Origin: Trichosphaerium sp. ATCC 40318
Taxonomy: Eukaryota > Protista > Tubulinea
Direction: 5' to 3'
Assembly (NCBI GenBank): GCA_038496445.1
Contig: JALMLS010000276.1
Span: forward strand, 29,868-93,867
DNA length: 64,000 nt
Part shown: piece by piece, positions 22,879-35,500 of the stretch
Position numbering within the stretch: position 1 is the stretch's first letter
How the letters are laid out: each line of letters starts with the position of its first letter
Made by a program: the position numbers and the translations under genes
Notes under the pieces: model-generated
Told to the model about the DNA's origin: nothing
The model's input: only the letters and a program-made list of their open reading frames with translations
Database searches by the model: none

Positions 22879-24102
22879 CTAAACAACAATAGTCAACACA
22901 ATTAAAGTAGGTGTAATTGCACTCGAACAGTTGATTCTGAAACTCAAGTCAGATTGCAAGGGTATCACAGTACATGGTGGGGATTTAAATCCTGTTTTAA
23001 TAATTATTGTGTTACTACCCATTCCGTTGAGGGGTACCACGTGGTTAAAGTATTGTCCAACTGTTTTATATGCAAAATATAAACCACGAAAATTTCAGGT
23101 ATACAATCAAATACAATTACTTGGAATACCTTCAGTACAAGCTGTCCTGCGCCACCCACCCAGTTATAAAACTGCAAAAATACAGAAAGACCACGCCCTA
23201 TTGATGCAAATGATATGAGAGCTGCAAGTAACAAGACCTAAAAGTGTCAACAACATCCAACAGTGTAAAAACCAGTACTTTGATTTTTAGGACAGAGAAC
23301 CCACGTGGGAGACTTTTGTACAATACATAAGCTGCGATTATGAATAAGACTCCTTGCCCAATATATAGTATCAAGAAATAGAATATCTAGATCATGTTAA
23401 ACGAATAGGAATCATCAATATAGCATTGCCAAACTGACAAACCTCTATTTGATGCATGATTGATAGAATTCTTTTGTATTCTTCAAGCTTTCCATGTTGC
23501 TTGTACACGTAATAGTAACCTGTCAACATTGTAATCATAATACCGGCCCATATTATTAGTATAGCACTAACTGTTAAGAGGTACACAACGACCAAATTGC
23601 CAATAAATCTGTACTTCGTTTTCCATGCCTGAAATATCAACATTGCCCTTTTAGGACAATTAGTAGGCGCTTTGAAGGGGAGTGTACCAGAACAATAAGA
23701 GCAATAAATATGTACATATATAGACATAACCTGATAGTGAACCAACCACTATTTGCCAAGGGTTCAACTGAGATTCAATAGGAAGCGTTGATATATCAAT
23801 AAATTCGTTCCAAAAAGCAATGATGTATCCCAAAGGCACTATAAAAAAAAGTCACGTGATAGAACATAAATCACGTGATTACGTACATAACAGCGAAAAA
23901 GGAAGTATAGCTACGAATATATAAGAAAAAGACTTGGATTGCGAGTTGTACCATGTAATATTGTCGCAAGAGAGAATCTTCGTGTATATACAAACCGTAC
24001 GAGCGCAATGATCACAATCAAAGATGTAACAGCGTAACTTACAACAAAAACAATTCTAAACGCAGCAGCAACGTTCCTTTCACTAGTAGAGGAATCCTCC
24101 AT
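22879..24102 (-). CDS. Multi-pass membrane protein (TOM1/GPCR-like 7TM inferred), multi-exon
   Basis: Successive hydrophobic exons and a final helix DCIPEIFVVYIL. The 3' end is approximate and the family assignment is tentative. Confidence 0.6.
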
Positions 24103-24376
24103 GTTTGTCAGTGTTTGATCACGTGGCTACAACAATACAATGATGACTCGCTTAACCGGTATGTACCTTTTCCATTTTGGTAGTAATCCTCACCGTTGTC
24201 CAACTCAAAGAGCTCTTTATCACTAAGTGCATTGTGCATACTGTTTTATGTTACATTCTTTATTTTGTTTTTCAATTCACGCTTGCCAAACGACCTTTAC
24301 CACTGTCGAACACTGGTGTCTACAGCAGTATTTGTATTGTTTCAGCGCTGTACTTAGTTTTGCATGAGTTTCATAT

Positions 24377-25511
24377 CTACTCTCCTCCAGCTCTGGCTAA
24401 ACTGATTTCTTTCTTCATTTCGACTTGTAAACGCTCTTGAACATTAAGAGTAGACTGCAACGCAGCAATGAGTGGCTTACAATAGTATTGAAGCAAGGCA
24501 GTTACAGCAGTTTGATGAACACTCTGAGCGCGTATAACTTCCAACTGAGAAGCACCAGAAGCCTCTATACGTGCCATAGCAGCTTGAAAGTACTTTGTTT
24601 CCTCTTTGAAAAGAATTTTGGCCAATTCCACCAATTGGTTAGGGAAATTCGATGGATGAGCTGAAAACAGTACTAAAATAATATAAGAAAGTGAACAGAC
24701 GCGTAATGATGGGTTTGTTGTCAATTCAAACAAAATTAAAATGACAATAAAAAAACCGTAACAAAAACGGTCTTTTGAGGCGTTTACCTTGGTTGTCAGG
24801 GACGATTTGAATCTCAATTGTCTTCTCCTCAGATCTTTCTATTGTTTGGAACGCTTTTAAGCGTATAGTACCTTTATTATCCTGAGTAAAAGGTCAGTTT
24901 CTTCTTTTTCTTTTTCTTTTTTTTTTGATTTAATTGTTTTTTTCTCAATACGTTCTGACTTGTTTGCAACATTTTAACGAATGCGTACGTTGTCGTGGTC
25001 AAAGACTGAAACGATTATACCAAAAAAATCACCCATCTGTTGGTTTGTCCATTGATTACGTAAATCGACCGGAGAGGGCTGTATGGTTATGTGTGGATGC
25101 GAATGGTACCAACCAATAACGCGTGCATCGAGTTGTTCAGCTAATTGACGAGCAGAATCTAGCTGGACTATGTTTAGCCGTATTAGTAGGTTCACAACGA
25201 GAGAAACATCAAACAGGTCGGTTTCAGAATATACAAAATAAAGCGTACTCGGTGTGGCTTCTACGCGATCTTTACGCTTATCTGCACGTTCTAGTATCTA
25301 TTTTAGCGTTAGATTTAAACCGAAACGTTTAAAACGCCATTTGTACCTTTATATGTTGAACCACTGCGCCGACAGTGCCTTTATCGCTCGTAATCTTACC
25401 AATCAACATACCCAATATTTCTTCTCGCTCAGTAGACAGCGCATGAGTCACTAACGCGCCAAAAGTGAACCGTGATATCTTTACATAATCTATAATCCGG
25501 CTTGACGTCAT
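24377..25511 (-). CDS. BRCC3: BRCC36-like JAMM/MPN+ K63 deubiquitinase
   Basis: HALSTEREEILGMLIG, DKRKDRVE, VIGWYHSHPHITIQPSPVDL and a C-terminal coiled coil. Confidence 0.9.
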
Positions 25512-25910
25512 TTTTACGTCTCAACGCTTGAACAGGCAACACACTCCTTCCTTGAGGCCACGCGACTACTATACAACAAAAAGCAGCGTTCAGTGTACCG
25601 TAAACACAATCTACAAACAAACATGTCAGCTCAAACGACAAAAAAGTCAAAAAACTTCGTCGGTAACTTTCGGCCGAAAATACTAGCGTCGAATAACATA
25701 TTGGCATCTACAACTATCATTAAGGTACAGATACATATCTTACTTTATCACCAAATACAGCAATTATCTTTTATGCTCGGGTATATTTGAGTACATTAAC
25801 TTACTTTCTTCTAAAGGCTCAGAAAGCAAAGTCAACGCAAAGGACATTAAAAAACAACTAAGAAAAAAAAAAAAAATCACGTTGTTCAACTCATTTCCTT
25901 TTTACGAATT

Positions 25911-27847
25911 ATGGGCGGTATATGTGGTAGCCATAGGAGTGAGACTGATCTTAGGATAAGCAGTGACTTGCGACATGAAACGAAGGAGGTAAAAAAAACT
26001 GTAAAGGCACGTGGTAGCATGGGTATTATCAAGTTATTTCGTTTTTGTTACTTTTAATGTAAATTGGTCCACTAATCACGTGAACAAAAAAAATAACATT
26101 AAAAATGTTGATACTTTTCTTAGGTTCTTCTACTCGGAGTCAGTAATGCCGGTAAATCAACACTACTTCGACAGTTAAGCATAAACCACGGAGAAGCCTC
26201 GACGGACGACAGTGCGTTTTTTTTGTCTTTTTTTTTAGTTTTTTACTTAAACGTTAAAAAGAATTCCCCGACGCATTGTAGTATTAGACTACGTGAATGC
26301 TCTGGTATTGTATTTTGTATTTCGAGTTTAAGATCCAATAGATAAAAAAAACTATTTATTTTAGCTAAATCACGTGACCATAGGTTATAAAATAGATATG
26401 AGGCTATTACTTAGATTAAACGCTATTATTGGCATAAAAAAGCTTTTTCGTTATTGTACGAGGATAGATCTTTCTCTACCGGACAAGTGTGTTAAAGCAA
26501 ACGAACTGCTCGACAATGATGGTAGTTTTGAACTAGCGGAGGACTTCTCAGTAGCTACAGTGCAAAGTCTTATAACAATATGGGAAGACGTATCAGAAGA
26601 TATTTTTGAGGAAGCAGCGGAGAAGTATGAGGAATTACGACACCTAAAGTATCTTATGGAAATAATGGATAGGATGTCTGAGAAGGGATATATGCCTACA
26701 TCAGAGTACGTGGTTACTATGAGGATGCATATCAAGCGCTTCCTTTTACAGCAAAAAAAAAACCGCATCAAAAACTAGCTTTTTTTTTCAGTCACGTTTC
26801 GGACACGTTACATCTCCCGTTGGCTTATCTTTTTACCTAGTGATATGTTACATGCAAGAAGAACAACTGTAGGTATTTATAGCGAAGATATACATGTACG
26901 CACAACCAAAACGAAAAGAATCGTCAACAAGACTGTTTACTAAACAAGTTTTTTTTTTTAGTTCAACGGTTATTTATGGCAATGTATTGATGTTGGTGGT
27001 CAAAAGAGTGAGCGAAGAAAATGGATACACTGTTTCGATGTATGTGTGAAACACTATTCACTTATTTAACGTATCCTAACCGTATTGTAGAATGTTGATG
27101 TGTTGGTGTATTGTGTAAATTTGGCTTCATTCGACGAGGTAATCCGAGTTGGTTTTTTTTTTCAGTTCTTATTTTTGGAAAAAATCGGACACAGTACCTG
27201 TTTGTTCCTGCACCCTTTTATGTGTTAAAAAAAGATCACAAAGGGGCAGTTCTTGCTGTTTAAAAATATCTCATGTGGTGGTTTACAAAAAACTGTTTTA
27301 CTAGTCGCGTTAGGAACCAAGCACGTGAGATATGGCTATGTCGATCTTTTTCTTTCTTTTTTTTTTTTGGTGTACACAAATTGTTCACTCTTTTGTTCTG
27401 TAGCCGTGTCCATACAACAAGGACAGATGTATACTAGATGACTCACTTAGTGTATGGAAGAGTATATTAGCTACTTTTACAGCCGAACCAATAGTACTCG
27501 TACGTTTTCTTAACTCAGCAAAAAAAAACCCAAAAAAAAAAACATTCTTATGTTTGCGCAAACCATAGGTTTTCAATAAAGTGGACTTATTCAAACATAA
27601 AATGGCAGAGCGTAAACAGAGCTATAAAGACACTCTCCAAGATATAAAACATCAATTTTTGCACGGCACACAATCAAACCAAGTTATAAACGTGTTTACC
27701 ACGTGTGCACTTGACTCTAGACAAGTCATGAAGCATTGGAGACTAATGATGAATTCTTACTTAAAATCACAGACAAAATGGATTGCTGAAAAGAAGAAGA
27801 AAAACAAGAGAATGCATTCAGAACTAAAACAATCGCTAATAAAGTAA
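25911..27847 (+). CDS. Divergent heterotrimeric G-protein alpha subunit, multi-exon
   Basis: MGGICGS lipidation start, [48 protein letters not shown]. Confidence 0.9.
27187..27336 (+). ncRNA. Candidate intronic two-hairpin RNA (H/ACA-like layout) in a G-alpha intron
   Basis: Hairpin 1 CTGCACCCTTT/AAAGGGGCAG, hinge AAAATA, hairpin 2 ATATCTCATGTG/CACGTGAGATAT plus TGGTTT/GAACCA. The tail box is AUA, not ACA. Confidence 0.4.
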
Positions 27848-28194
27848 GAAAGAGAACCGAAAAAAAAAATAAAAAAAACCAAAACACTTTTTTTCTTTGT
27901 TTGGCGTTTGCTCTCTCTATCTTACCTCTACATAATCATCACGTGATTAGTTTTCATTTCGACAATTTAGATGACCAGTTGAACATTGTCGGCTCTCTTG
28001 CTTGAAAAACGTTTTCTGTAAGCCCACAGCTTCTGTTTTTGAAGAAAAATGTAGGTTCATGTTACAACTACCGTTTTTTGGAAGTTTTTAGTACAAAGTG
28101 GGTACTGATCCCACCTTTCTCAATTTTAACAAAATTCGAACACGTGCGCTGAGTTCTAGCAAAAAAAACTGAACATACTTTACAGGTGGTTCAG

Positions 28195-28470
28195 AAATAA
28201 GATGGTTGACCATTTTGTCTTGCAATCTGGGTTCCTGCATTGTTAATCCGATGAAGCCTACTTAAATTAACAATGCCTTTATCAGTGTTTATGAGCACAT
28301 GAATGAAGAAATATTCTAACCCAACAAAACACCCTTACCAGTAATGCCTTACAAAACCCAAGACATATGTTTTCGACACCAGTCAGATATCCAATACCTC
28401 TGTAATTTTGGCACTGTCAATAGCAATACATTGGACACCAGCAAGTGTCTTTAACGTACTGTCATCCACT
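28195..28470 (-). pseudogene. Decayed C-terminal fragment of a long-type F-box/LRR gene
   Basis: Frameshifted translation VDDSTLKTLAGVQCI...GIGYLTGVENICL...TDKGIVNLSRL...TQI aligns with the C-terminus of the 15329-16730 protein. Confidence 0.8.
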
Positions 28471-28638
28471 TAGAGATGGCAGAAATACCAGTCCGAACAG
28501 GTTCCAAAATCTCAGAGCCTCCATCCATTGACCTAATCACTGTGTGCATGCACATAAGGTGGCTGTACACTTTTGTGGCACGTTTGAATATCCCGAGATG
28601 GTACAGTTATTCTATCCAAGCATTTAGCTCCTACAAGT

Positions 28639-28803
28639 AAAAAGTCCAGGGTTGGTTGTGCGTTCAATCGTGGCACTGGATCTCCTCCCTAAGTGCCTAG
28701 CCAAAGGCCTTAATCATAAAACTACCTTTCCGGTATGTTTTTTGGAGTTTGTCCGGTAACTATTTCCCCGATACTTAACTTGTTTCATTTATAATTCTAT
28801 TCA
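28639..28803. repeat. ~165-bp repeat, copy 1 (tandem with copy 2)
   Basis: Shares the core CCTAAGTGCCTA.CCAAAGGCCT.AATCATAAAACTACCTTT...GTTTGTCCGGTA with 28816-28992 and 29905-30058. Confidence 0.9.
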
Positions 28804-28815
28804 TCAGGTGTTTGG

Positions 28816-28992
28816 AAAAAACAAGTCTAGGTTGATTGTGCACACTCAATCAAGGTGCTGGTTGTACTTCCTAAGTACCTACCCAAAGGCCTCAATCATA
28901 AAACTACCTTTGCAGTGCACGTGTTTTTTGGAGTTTGTCCGGTAATAACTATTTCCCCGATACTTAATTTGTTTCATTTATAATTCTATTCA
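28816..28992. repeat. ~175-bp repeat, copy 2
   Basis: Direct repeat of copy 1. Confidence 0.9.
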
Positions 28993-29128
28993 CTTCTTTG
29001 GGTACCCCAACAAGCGTAGAAGTTAATAGTAAGTTATTAAAGAATCACAAACGTAAAAATAGATAATATGTCAACTTAAGTTAGCATTGTTCTTTAACAC
29101 CAACAATACAAACAACTACACCCTTAAA

Positions 29129-29438
29129 ATGAAACTCTTACTACTTTTCGCCGTATTTCTTTGCTTGCTATGCATTGCCGAAGGCTACTGTCATAGTAAA
29201 TGCTCCAGGAAATACAGTATGTCTTTAGAACTCGCTTTTGTGTTTTTGATTTAATGAAGGGTTTAGTTCGCAGTTAAATGGAGAAAAGCTATGTAAGCAT
29301 AAAAACAATCATTGCCCTGAAAAGGAGTACCCTGGTATAGATGCAATAACAAGTTCTAAAAAATGCAGGTCATGCTGGGAACGCAACTGTGGTTCTCAAT
29401 CAAGAAGAATTAACGGCGAAAAATTCTTTATATGCTAA
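29129..29438 (+). CDS. Small secreted cationic 8-Cys peptide, two exons (not in the ORF track)
   Basis: Signal MKLLLLFAVFLCLLCIAEG; 43-nt GTATGT...AAG intron at 29217-29259; mature YCHSKCSRKYRFSSQLNGEKLCKHKNNHCPEKEYPGIDAITSSKKCRSCWERNCGSQSRRINGEKFFIC. Confidence 0.8.
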
Positions 29439-29904
29439 GCTTAACCAACAGCTCGTTTATTGTTTCACCAATAAACCCCTCAACATTCCATTATACTTTG
29501 TATGTTTTGTATATGCTGCATCTTTTTGGAATACAAACCGTGTACATAGTCAGAATGACTTGTTTTTACTATTTGATTAACATCATTTATAAATTATTCG
29601 TATGTTTGATCTTTATCAAACTAATACAATAAATAGTCAAGGCAAACTGTAACAACAATCAACTTATTAAAAATAGTTTGTCAAATTGAGACAATATGTC
29701 AGACTTTGTTTTTTAAAGTGTAGGAGAGCAGTTTGGATGAAAAAACAGTGTCCAGTGGCTTGCAAGTGAAGCCAACAACTTTCATCTTCACAATAACCAC
29801 AACTGAGTACGAATTATCATAACCTGTCGCTAATCAGTTTTCTATGAGCTCTAGTCATTAAGTTCAATCGGTAATGGTTTTTGGCATCAGCTGAAAGTGT
29901 TCAG

Positions 29905-30058
29905 AAAAAAAAAGTCCAGGGTTGGTTGTGTGCACAATCGTGGCACTGGATGTCCTCCCTAAGTGCCTACCCAAAGGCCTCAATCATAAAACTACCTTTT
30001 CTGTGCACGTGTTTTTTGCAGTTTGTCCGGTAGTAACTATTGCCCCAATATTTAACTT
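29905..30058. repeat. ~155-bp repeat, copy 3
   Basis: Direct repeat of copies 1 and 2, downstream of the peptide gene. Confidence 0.9.
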
Positions 30059-30339
30059 CCCGTTCAAACGAAGACAGAGATGTGCGAACAGCCTTATTTT
30101 TAGCTACATAGTAAATAAAGTAACTACAATAGAGCTTTCCAAAACATGCGTTGTTGTAACAATGTCGTATAAGAACAATTGTTCTCTTCATGTATTGTCG
30201 ACAGCAGTCAAGTTAAAGAGCATCAAAAAAACCTTGTAACGGAAAAGTAGACAAACGAAGCATCCATAAAACATAACTCCTTCGATTTGTCCACCACTCA
30301 TAAACCATTAATACAAATACAGCTGCCTAATAGAACGTA

Positions 30340-30654
30340 TTATATCATAAGAGAGCGATATTGGAGTGATGTCGTACCTATGTCAAGCAAAAAGCAAGAC
30401 GGTATAGAAGAAATCTTGTCCATATTAAAGCAGCTGTTTTGTGTAACATCTTCACCTGCTGGATCAATTGTAATAAGCACAGAATCAGTTTCGTTCGTTT
30501 CTAGAAGATATTCTTCATGTTTTGTCCATACTCTATAAACAAGCAATACATATACAAATGACAAAACCAATGATGAAATACATATAAAAAAAACTGAAAA
30601 AACGAAGCTCAGAATGATCTTTAGGAATCCAACACCTAGGTCTCTGTCACTCAA
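30340..30654 (-). CDS. Possible small single-pass membrane protein exon
   Basis: Hydrophobic stretch followed by an acidic tail and a GTACG donor. No ATG in the ORF and no recognised homology. Confidence 0.3.
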   Translation of the reverse strand: MSDRDLGVGFLKIILSFVFSVFFICISSLVLSFVYVLLVYRVWTKHEEYLLETNETDSVLITIDPAGEDVTQNSCFNMDKISSIPSCFLLDIGTTSLQYRSLMI

Positions 30655-30833
30655 TATTGGTGTTTAAGACAACGGATATAATGTGATACTAACCATCCTA
30701 GTAATTGGCCGTATCCTCTGAAATAAGGCGCCTACCCAGTATACAAATAACATTTCTGAAGCTAAACAACAAATTTCGCTGGTAAAAAGTCAGCTGAGGT
30801 CAGTACGACTTGCCAACTGGACGAAACAGCACC

Positions 30834-31721
30834 ATGTCCACTAACAATACCATACATTCACTTTGTGATGTTCCACCAGAGATATTGACACTTGTACTAC
30901 GATATTTAGACAAAACACAGCGTATTACTGCTACAACAGTTTCTCATCGTTTTAATGACATCATTCGACATAATCTGGGATTCATGATGATAATCCTAAA
31001 AGAAAACTCAGATTGCGCTGTTCTGAAAGGAAGCCCTCTGCTTAAAAACACACGTATTGTATCTACTAGGTTAAATCTATCAGATAAAGACTTGAGTTGT
31101 CTCAGAGGGGTTCATACAATAACACTAGCAACAGGATGTATTGGTGACTCGGGTATTAAGGCATTGTTGGAGGGAGAAATGACTCCTCCTTATGACATCA
31201 CCTTGCATTACTTAGACATAACAGAAGTATCTCTAAAGGCTCTCAAAGGTGTACATAAAATACATATTCAGTACTGTAAATTCATTTCAGATTCCGGACT
31301 TAAAGAACTCAGAGATGTCCATACTGTTAGCTTATACTATCCAAAAATAGATGAATCTATTAATGTACTTGTTAATGTGAACACACTTATTATCAAACAA
31401 GGAACCAACTTAACAGATGATGCATTCAAAGGATTGACTAATTTAAAACATTTGAACCTAACAGATTGCCGTGGCGTAACAGATAATGGGTTTAAGGATT
31501 TGGTGAGTCTAGAAAGTCTAGTACTTAAAGATTGTCGAAGAGTTACAAATGATTTTTTGAAGCACTTGAAGTCTCTCAAAGAAATCAAAGTAAACAATTG
31601 TGAGTGTATTACACGTGATGCTATTAAGTCGTTGGGTATACCCTTTGCTTATAAAGGATCACTCATTGCATGGTTGAGGCGCTATAGCAAAGGACATAGT
31701 GGCATGAACAATGTTAAGTAA
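30834..31721 (+). CDS. F-box/LRR protein (short type), intronless
   Basis: VPPEILTLVLRYL F-box, KGSPLLKNT, LRRs; ATG at 30834. Confidence 0.9.
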   Translation: MSTNNTIHSLCDVPPEILTLVLRYLDKTQRITATTVSHRFNDIIRHNLGFMMIILKENSDCAVLKGSPLLKNTRIVSTRLNLSDKDLSCLRGVHTITLATGCIGDSGIKALLEGEMTPPYDITLHYLDITEVSLKALKGVHKIHIQYCKFISDSGLKELRDVHTVSLYYPKIDESINVLVNVNTLIIKQGTNLTDDAFKGLTNLKHLNLTDCRGVTDNGFKDLVSLESLVLKDCRRVTNDFLKHLKSLKEIKVNNCECITRDAIKSLGIPFAYKGSLIAWLRRYSKGHSGMNNVK

Positions 31722-31791
31722 ATCACGTGTTAGTTTGTTTTCAACAAAAAAAAAAAAAATCAAGTTGTTTAGATTATACTTTTTCGGTTTA

Positions 31792-32347
31792 TTAGCACTT
31801 TTGTGGAGGTGTAATACATCCACCGCTGTTGCTATCAGGTCCAAGATTATCCATACGTATTATACGTTTAGGATGAAATGTTGTCGAACAGTTCCATTCA
31901 AAATGTGCCGTTGGTCTAAAGTAAAGAGTAAACGAGCCGGACGTTTTCGACAACTAAAACAATCCTTTATGGATAAAGCTCAAATGACTTTTTTTGGTCG
32001 TACCCTGAGAAGATACAAGGAGAACACTTGCTAGAGTCACATACTGAACCTTTACTTTGGTGTAGAAATAGCGTATACGTCTCAGAAATGTTTGAGTCGT
32101 ACCAAACAGTAAAATGACATGGGTCTACTCTCGTGCTCGTCTCGTTTATGTAAAATATCATATTGAAGTCGTTTGGTTGCCATGCTTGAATAGTCACTGG
32201 ATAAATACCACTGTCACCACATTGCATCGTATAGTGTTCAATACCATCCCAAAGGGGGTCAGAGTATACTTGGTAACGGTATGCCCACGTGCTTCCTGAT
32301 AGGCATAAAATAAGCGTCACGGCGTAGAAGAACAATTGTTGCTTCAT
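31792..32347 (-). CDS. Small secreted Cys-containing protein, two exons
   Basis: Signal peptide. A GTACGA...TAG intron joins to an exon encoding PTAHFEWNCSTTFHPKRIIRMDNLGPDSNSGGCITPPQKC*. Confidence 0.75.
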
Positions 32348-32547
32348 TTGGTGTAGAATCCAACGATATTTTTGTCACTAGTCACACGTGACTGATATTG
32401 ACAAAAGAATAGTTGTTTTTTGTGTTCAGCTGACTTGTTAGGCGGAGTGACCACCTTGGCGTTCAATATGTTTGTCAAGAACAGTTTTAAAGCAAAACGT
32501 TTCGCTTTATTTTTTTCGTATTCACAAGTAAGGTTTGCTTTGAAGCC

Positions 32548-35500
32548 TTACATCATCATAACTAGAGCAACAAGAGCGAGCACACAAGATAGCACCAATG
32601 ATAGGGTGCTGCTTGACGAACTAGGAGCATCAGTAGCTACTGGAGCGATAGTAGCTACTGGAGCGATTGGGGCTACAGGGGCTACAGGTGTTGCAACAGG
32701 GGATGTTCCAGGAGCTGAAGTTGTGCCCTCTTGTTCACTTCCAGTTGAAGTACCAGAAGCAGAAACAAGTGCAATTCCTGTTGTAGTTTGTAGTGAAGCT
32801 TGAGAAGTAGATGTACTCAAATCAGTAACCATAGCAGAAGCGGTATTCGCTAAAAGAAGAAAAAAGTAAGTACTTAAAAACAACAAGCGAAGTTAAAAAC
32901 ATCAAAAAGAATCATACAAGCACTTGATCCTGAGATAGTAAGAGAAACAGATGTACTAGATTGACGCTTGCTAGTAGGTACAGAAACAAGTGTGAAGCTA
33001 TCAGTTGCAATGTTAAATCTCTCTGAAATCCATTTTGATAGCTTGAAGAGAGCTTCGTCGTTCAAATCTCCATCAACAACAATAACAATTACAATATCGG
33101 TTGTTGGACAAGCAGGGCTTGATGTAGAATACTCTACTGTACGACCACATACTCTCCACTTACCTTCAGATTTAAATGCAGGTGTAGAGGAACAACGTGG
33201 GTAGAACCCAAAGTCTCCAGGATAGAATTCTAGAGGAGGTACTCCTGACTAATCAAAAAATTAGATTTGTTTTTTTCAAAAGGGTTTTTTTATTGACGTA
33301 CCACTTCACCGTCAGCCATAATGATGTTGCTCTCTGGGTCAGCAGATATCTCTAGGATACCTCCAGTATTTCTATAAGTCAAACAAGCTCTTGTTAAGTT
33401 TGTATCAGGGTATACACAGTTGAGAATTGGAATAACAGTGCACTCATCAACTAAGAAATAAAGCTGTTAAAAAAAAGCAAAAAAAAAAATAACAAAGAAA
33501 AACATACCTGCTGGTTTGACAGCACATTCGCGAGGAGTACAATACCCTCCCTTCTCTAAGATATCATTTTCACACCACTTCCATGTTTGGCTATCATTGA
33601 CAGGTTTACAAGCGTCACAGCCATCTTCATCCAATTTTGGAGAACAAGCAAGTTCAGCTCCTCCTTCACATGGTTTTGAAGAGCAATATAATCCATTTGC
33701 AGAAACACAAGGTTCACATCCGAAAGCAGCAAAGAATTCACATGTCTCAAAGTTATCAACAAGTTCGCATTCTAAGCAATTGAAAACGTTAGTTGTGATG
33801 ATGACCAATTAATAATGGGAGTCAGGTACGTGCCTACAACACATCTCTCGTCATTGTTAGGGAAACAACCTTCTTCTCCATCAATATCTTTGCAAGATCT
33901 GCAACGTTTATCGCTTTCACAAGTTGCATCATCTCTGTCTTCACATTTCTGAACATCAGAACCACAACCTTGCAGTGCAACGTTTGCGCTGGCTATACAC
34001 TTGCCATCACAAGCAGTACAACCAGGAAAATCTTCACACTCCCCAGAGGATTTATCACTGCAAGCTAAAACAAAGAAAGTTAATAATAAGCTACTTTTTA
34101 TAGAGACTAGAGAGTTTTGACGTACAGCAGTCATCCTTGAGAGACTCTGCCAATCCACGATCAAAGCAAGTCATCTTCGCTGGACAAAAGAAACAGCTTT
34201 TCTCGCCAGTATCAAAAGAACGCTAGAAAAACAACAAGTGAGCTCTTCATCGGGCAATAACAGCTGTAACAAAAAAAACATTGCACGTACGATTAAACTA
34301 CACTTTTCAGCGTCAGAACCAGCGTCCTTACACTCATTAGTGAATGTGAAATCATCCACGCAAGTATCATTAACAGGGAACTCATCAGGATTACGGCATG
34401 GTGGGAAAGCATCATATCCACACCAACTACAATCTCCTGTACATTTATCTTCGTCACCAACAGCGCAAGGATCGGTATCAATACAAGCCTTAAAAACAAC
34501 GTGAGTCCACGTGTTGATAAATCAAAGTATATAGCACGTACTTCTCTAGGGATACAGAGTTCTGTACCTCCGAACAAGTTACACCAAGTACATCCAGATA
34601 ATTGACCACATTCGTAAGAGTTTGTGACGTTATCAGTTTTACATGGATTGTAAAAGTCACCAGGACAAGGATCGCTTGTGTATGGAATGAAGGTACATTC
34701 GCCTTTTCCTTGACACCAAGTACAGTGTTCGTTTCCAGGAGCTGAAAAAAAAAAGAGGTAAGTAAGAAGTGATAAAAACAAAACTGATTACCTTCGCATT
34801 CATAAGGGCCATCAAAGTCGCATAAGTCATCTTTAGAATCAGGTACATAGTATGGTACACAAATTTCATCTTTAGGACCTACAGTAACGAATTTACAGTC
34901 GTCAAAGCAGTCATCAGTCCTATGTGAAAAAAATTCTTAGAATTCAACATAGCAATCGAAGAAGAGCTCATTGTTAAGACACTAACCTTCCCCAACAAGG
35001 CCTTGAAAATTCACAAGGGTCTACAGTGGCATCGAATGAATCTTGGACACAAGTTTCGTCAAATGGACAAAAGATACAGTCACCATCACAAGCATCAGAA
35101 TGTTTTCCCCAACATTGATCAACTTGTTCATCACAAGGGTCAATATTTGCAGAACGAATCTCTCTACATCCTCCAAACTGTCCACAGAAAACACAATCAT
35201 AGTCTACAACGAAAATAAGACGGAATAGCTCTTCAAAAAAGAAAAGTAATAGAAACAAGAAAAAAAAGAGAATAAAAACCAACGTACTATCTTCGCAGTC
35301 ATCAATGTCAGTGTATCCTTTACATTTATCAACTTGTTCTACAGGACAAGAAATATTCTTTGGGTTACAGAATTCACCACACCATAGGCAATCACCTTTA
35401 GTAGAAAGAGTCAAAAATCGGTTCAAATCTTGAACAAATTTCACGTGGTGAAAAAAAAGTTGAACGTACCAAGACATTGCCCTTCGCTCAGGCTTCTGCA

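Noticed and set aside
28639-30058. CRISPR array or LTR retrotransposon
   Set aside because: Units are ~160 bp with no spacer pattern. No gag/pol, PBS/PPT or convincing TSD was found.
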